Part shown: positions 63,679-64,000 of the stretch, piece by piece
How positions within the stretch are numbered: the first letter of the stretch is position 1
Layout: every line of letters starts with the position of its first letter
NCBI GenBank assembly: GCA_045544995.1
Contig: JAZQAE010000167.1
Coordinates: 1,218-65,217, forward strand
DNA length: 64,000 nt
DNA from: Eubacteriales bacterium
Lineage (GTDB): Bacteria > Bacillota > Clostridia > Oscillospirales > QAKW01
Direction: 5' to 3'
The notes under the pieces: generated by a model
Told to the model about the DNA's origin: nothing
The model's database searches: none
Seen by the model: the letters and a program-made list of their open reading frames with translations, nothing else
Program-made: the position numbers and the translations under genes

Positions 63679-64000
63679 TCATAGCAATTCTTCCAAACCG
63701 CGGACGTCATCGTAGCAAAGCTTCGGCAGATCCGCATTGGGACAGTTCCACGGACTCTGGGCACGGATCCAGATCGGGACGTATCCCGCCGCCCGGGCGC
63801 CTTGGATATCGTTGATGGGGTTATCGCCCACGTAATAAAGATCTTTCGGCTCAATTCCCAGCTTCTCTGCCGTATATAAAAACGGCGCCGGGTCCGGCTT
63901 TTGGATGGGAAAATCGCCATCCCCCTCCTTGGGAGAGGCACAGACGACCAGATCAAAGGCATCCTCCAGACCGATCAACCGTATTTTATCCTTCTGCAAC
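63679..64000 (-). CDS. HAD-superfamily hydrolase (subfamily IA-like), N-terminus beyond window edge
   Basis: KPDPAPFLYTAEKLGIEPKDLYYVGDNPINDIQGARAAGYVPIWI matches HAD motifs III/IV. The ORF is open to the window end. Confidence 0.7.
   Translation of the reverse strand, partial: LQKDKIRLIGLEDAFDLVVCASPKEGDGDFPIQKPDPAPFLYTAEKLGIEPKDLYYVGDNPINDIQGARAAGYVPIWIRAQSPWNCPNADLPKLCYDDVRGLEELL

Overview
A 64-kb chromosomal segment from a moderately GC-rich, spore-forming Firmicutes genome. Gene content looks Clostridia-type: an alpha/beta SASP, an SLH surface protein, a cohesin/dockerin protein, and SpoVD/SpoVE-like division genes. Most of it is conserved core. (i) The replication-origin neighbourhood is present: rpmH-rnpA-yidD-yidC-jag on +, and dnaA-dnaN-yaaA-recF-remB-gyrB-gyrA on -, with glyQS wedged between dnaA and rpmH. 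(ii) A nearly complete dcw division/cell-wall cluster lies on -: mraZ-rsmH-ftsL-PBP-murE-murF-mraY-ftsW-murG-ftsQ-(M20 peptidase)-ftsZ. (iii) recA-recX-rimO-pgsA-LtaS-like, recG, a ClpC-like ATPase, pepD, trmL, several transporters, and a cobalamin-riboswitch-controlled DUF4430 plus S-component pair are also present. Accessory or odd parts are: a gene-decay tract (723-1860); a WYL regulator/Dabb pair; a clearly AT-rich ~3.4-kb island (about 3172-6640) encoding three exported proteins, including a PPC-domain protein with a gingipain/caspase-like His...Cys pattern; a 1272-aa SLH surface protein; and a tandem SGNH esterase/EIIC-like operon. The most unusual signal is non-coding. At 60835-61124, between the mraZ promoter and a bidirectional terminator, there is a mirror-symmetric array of nine GT(T/G)ATAT heptamers. 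The gaps between heptamers within each arm are each exactly filled by a different GC-rich mini-hairpin, and the whole array is bracketed by a 13-nt inverted repeat. I cannot assign it to any RNA or repeat class I know. No rRNA, tRNA, CRISPR array, transposase or integrase was recognised. All calls come from reading the sequence and ORF translations by eye, and no database search was run.
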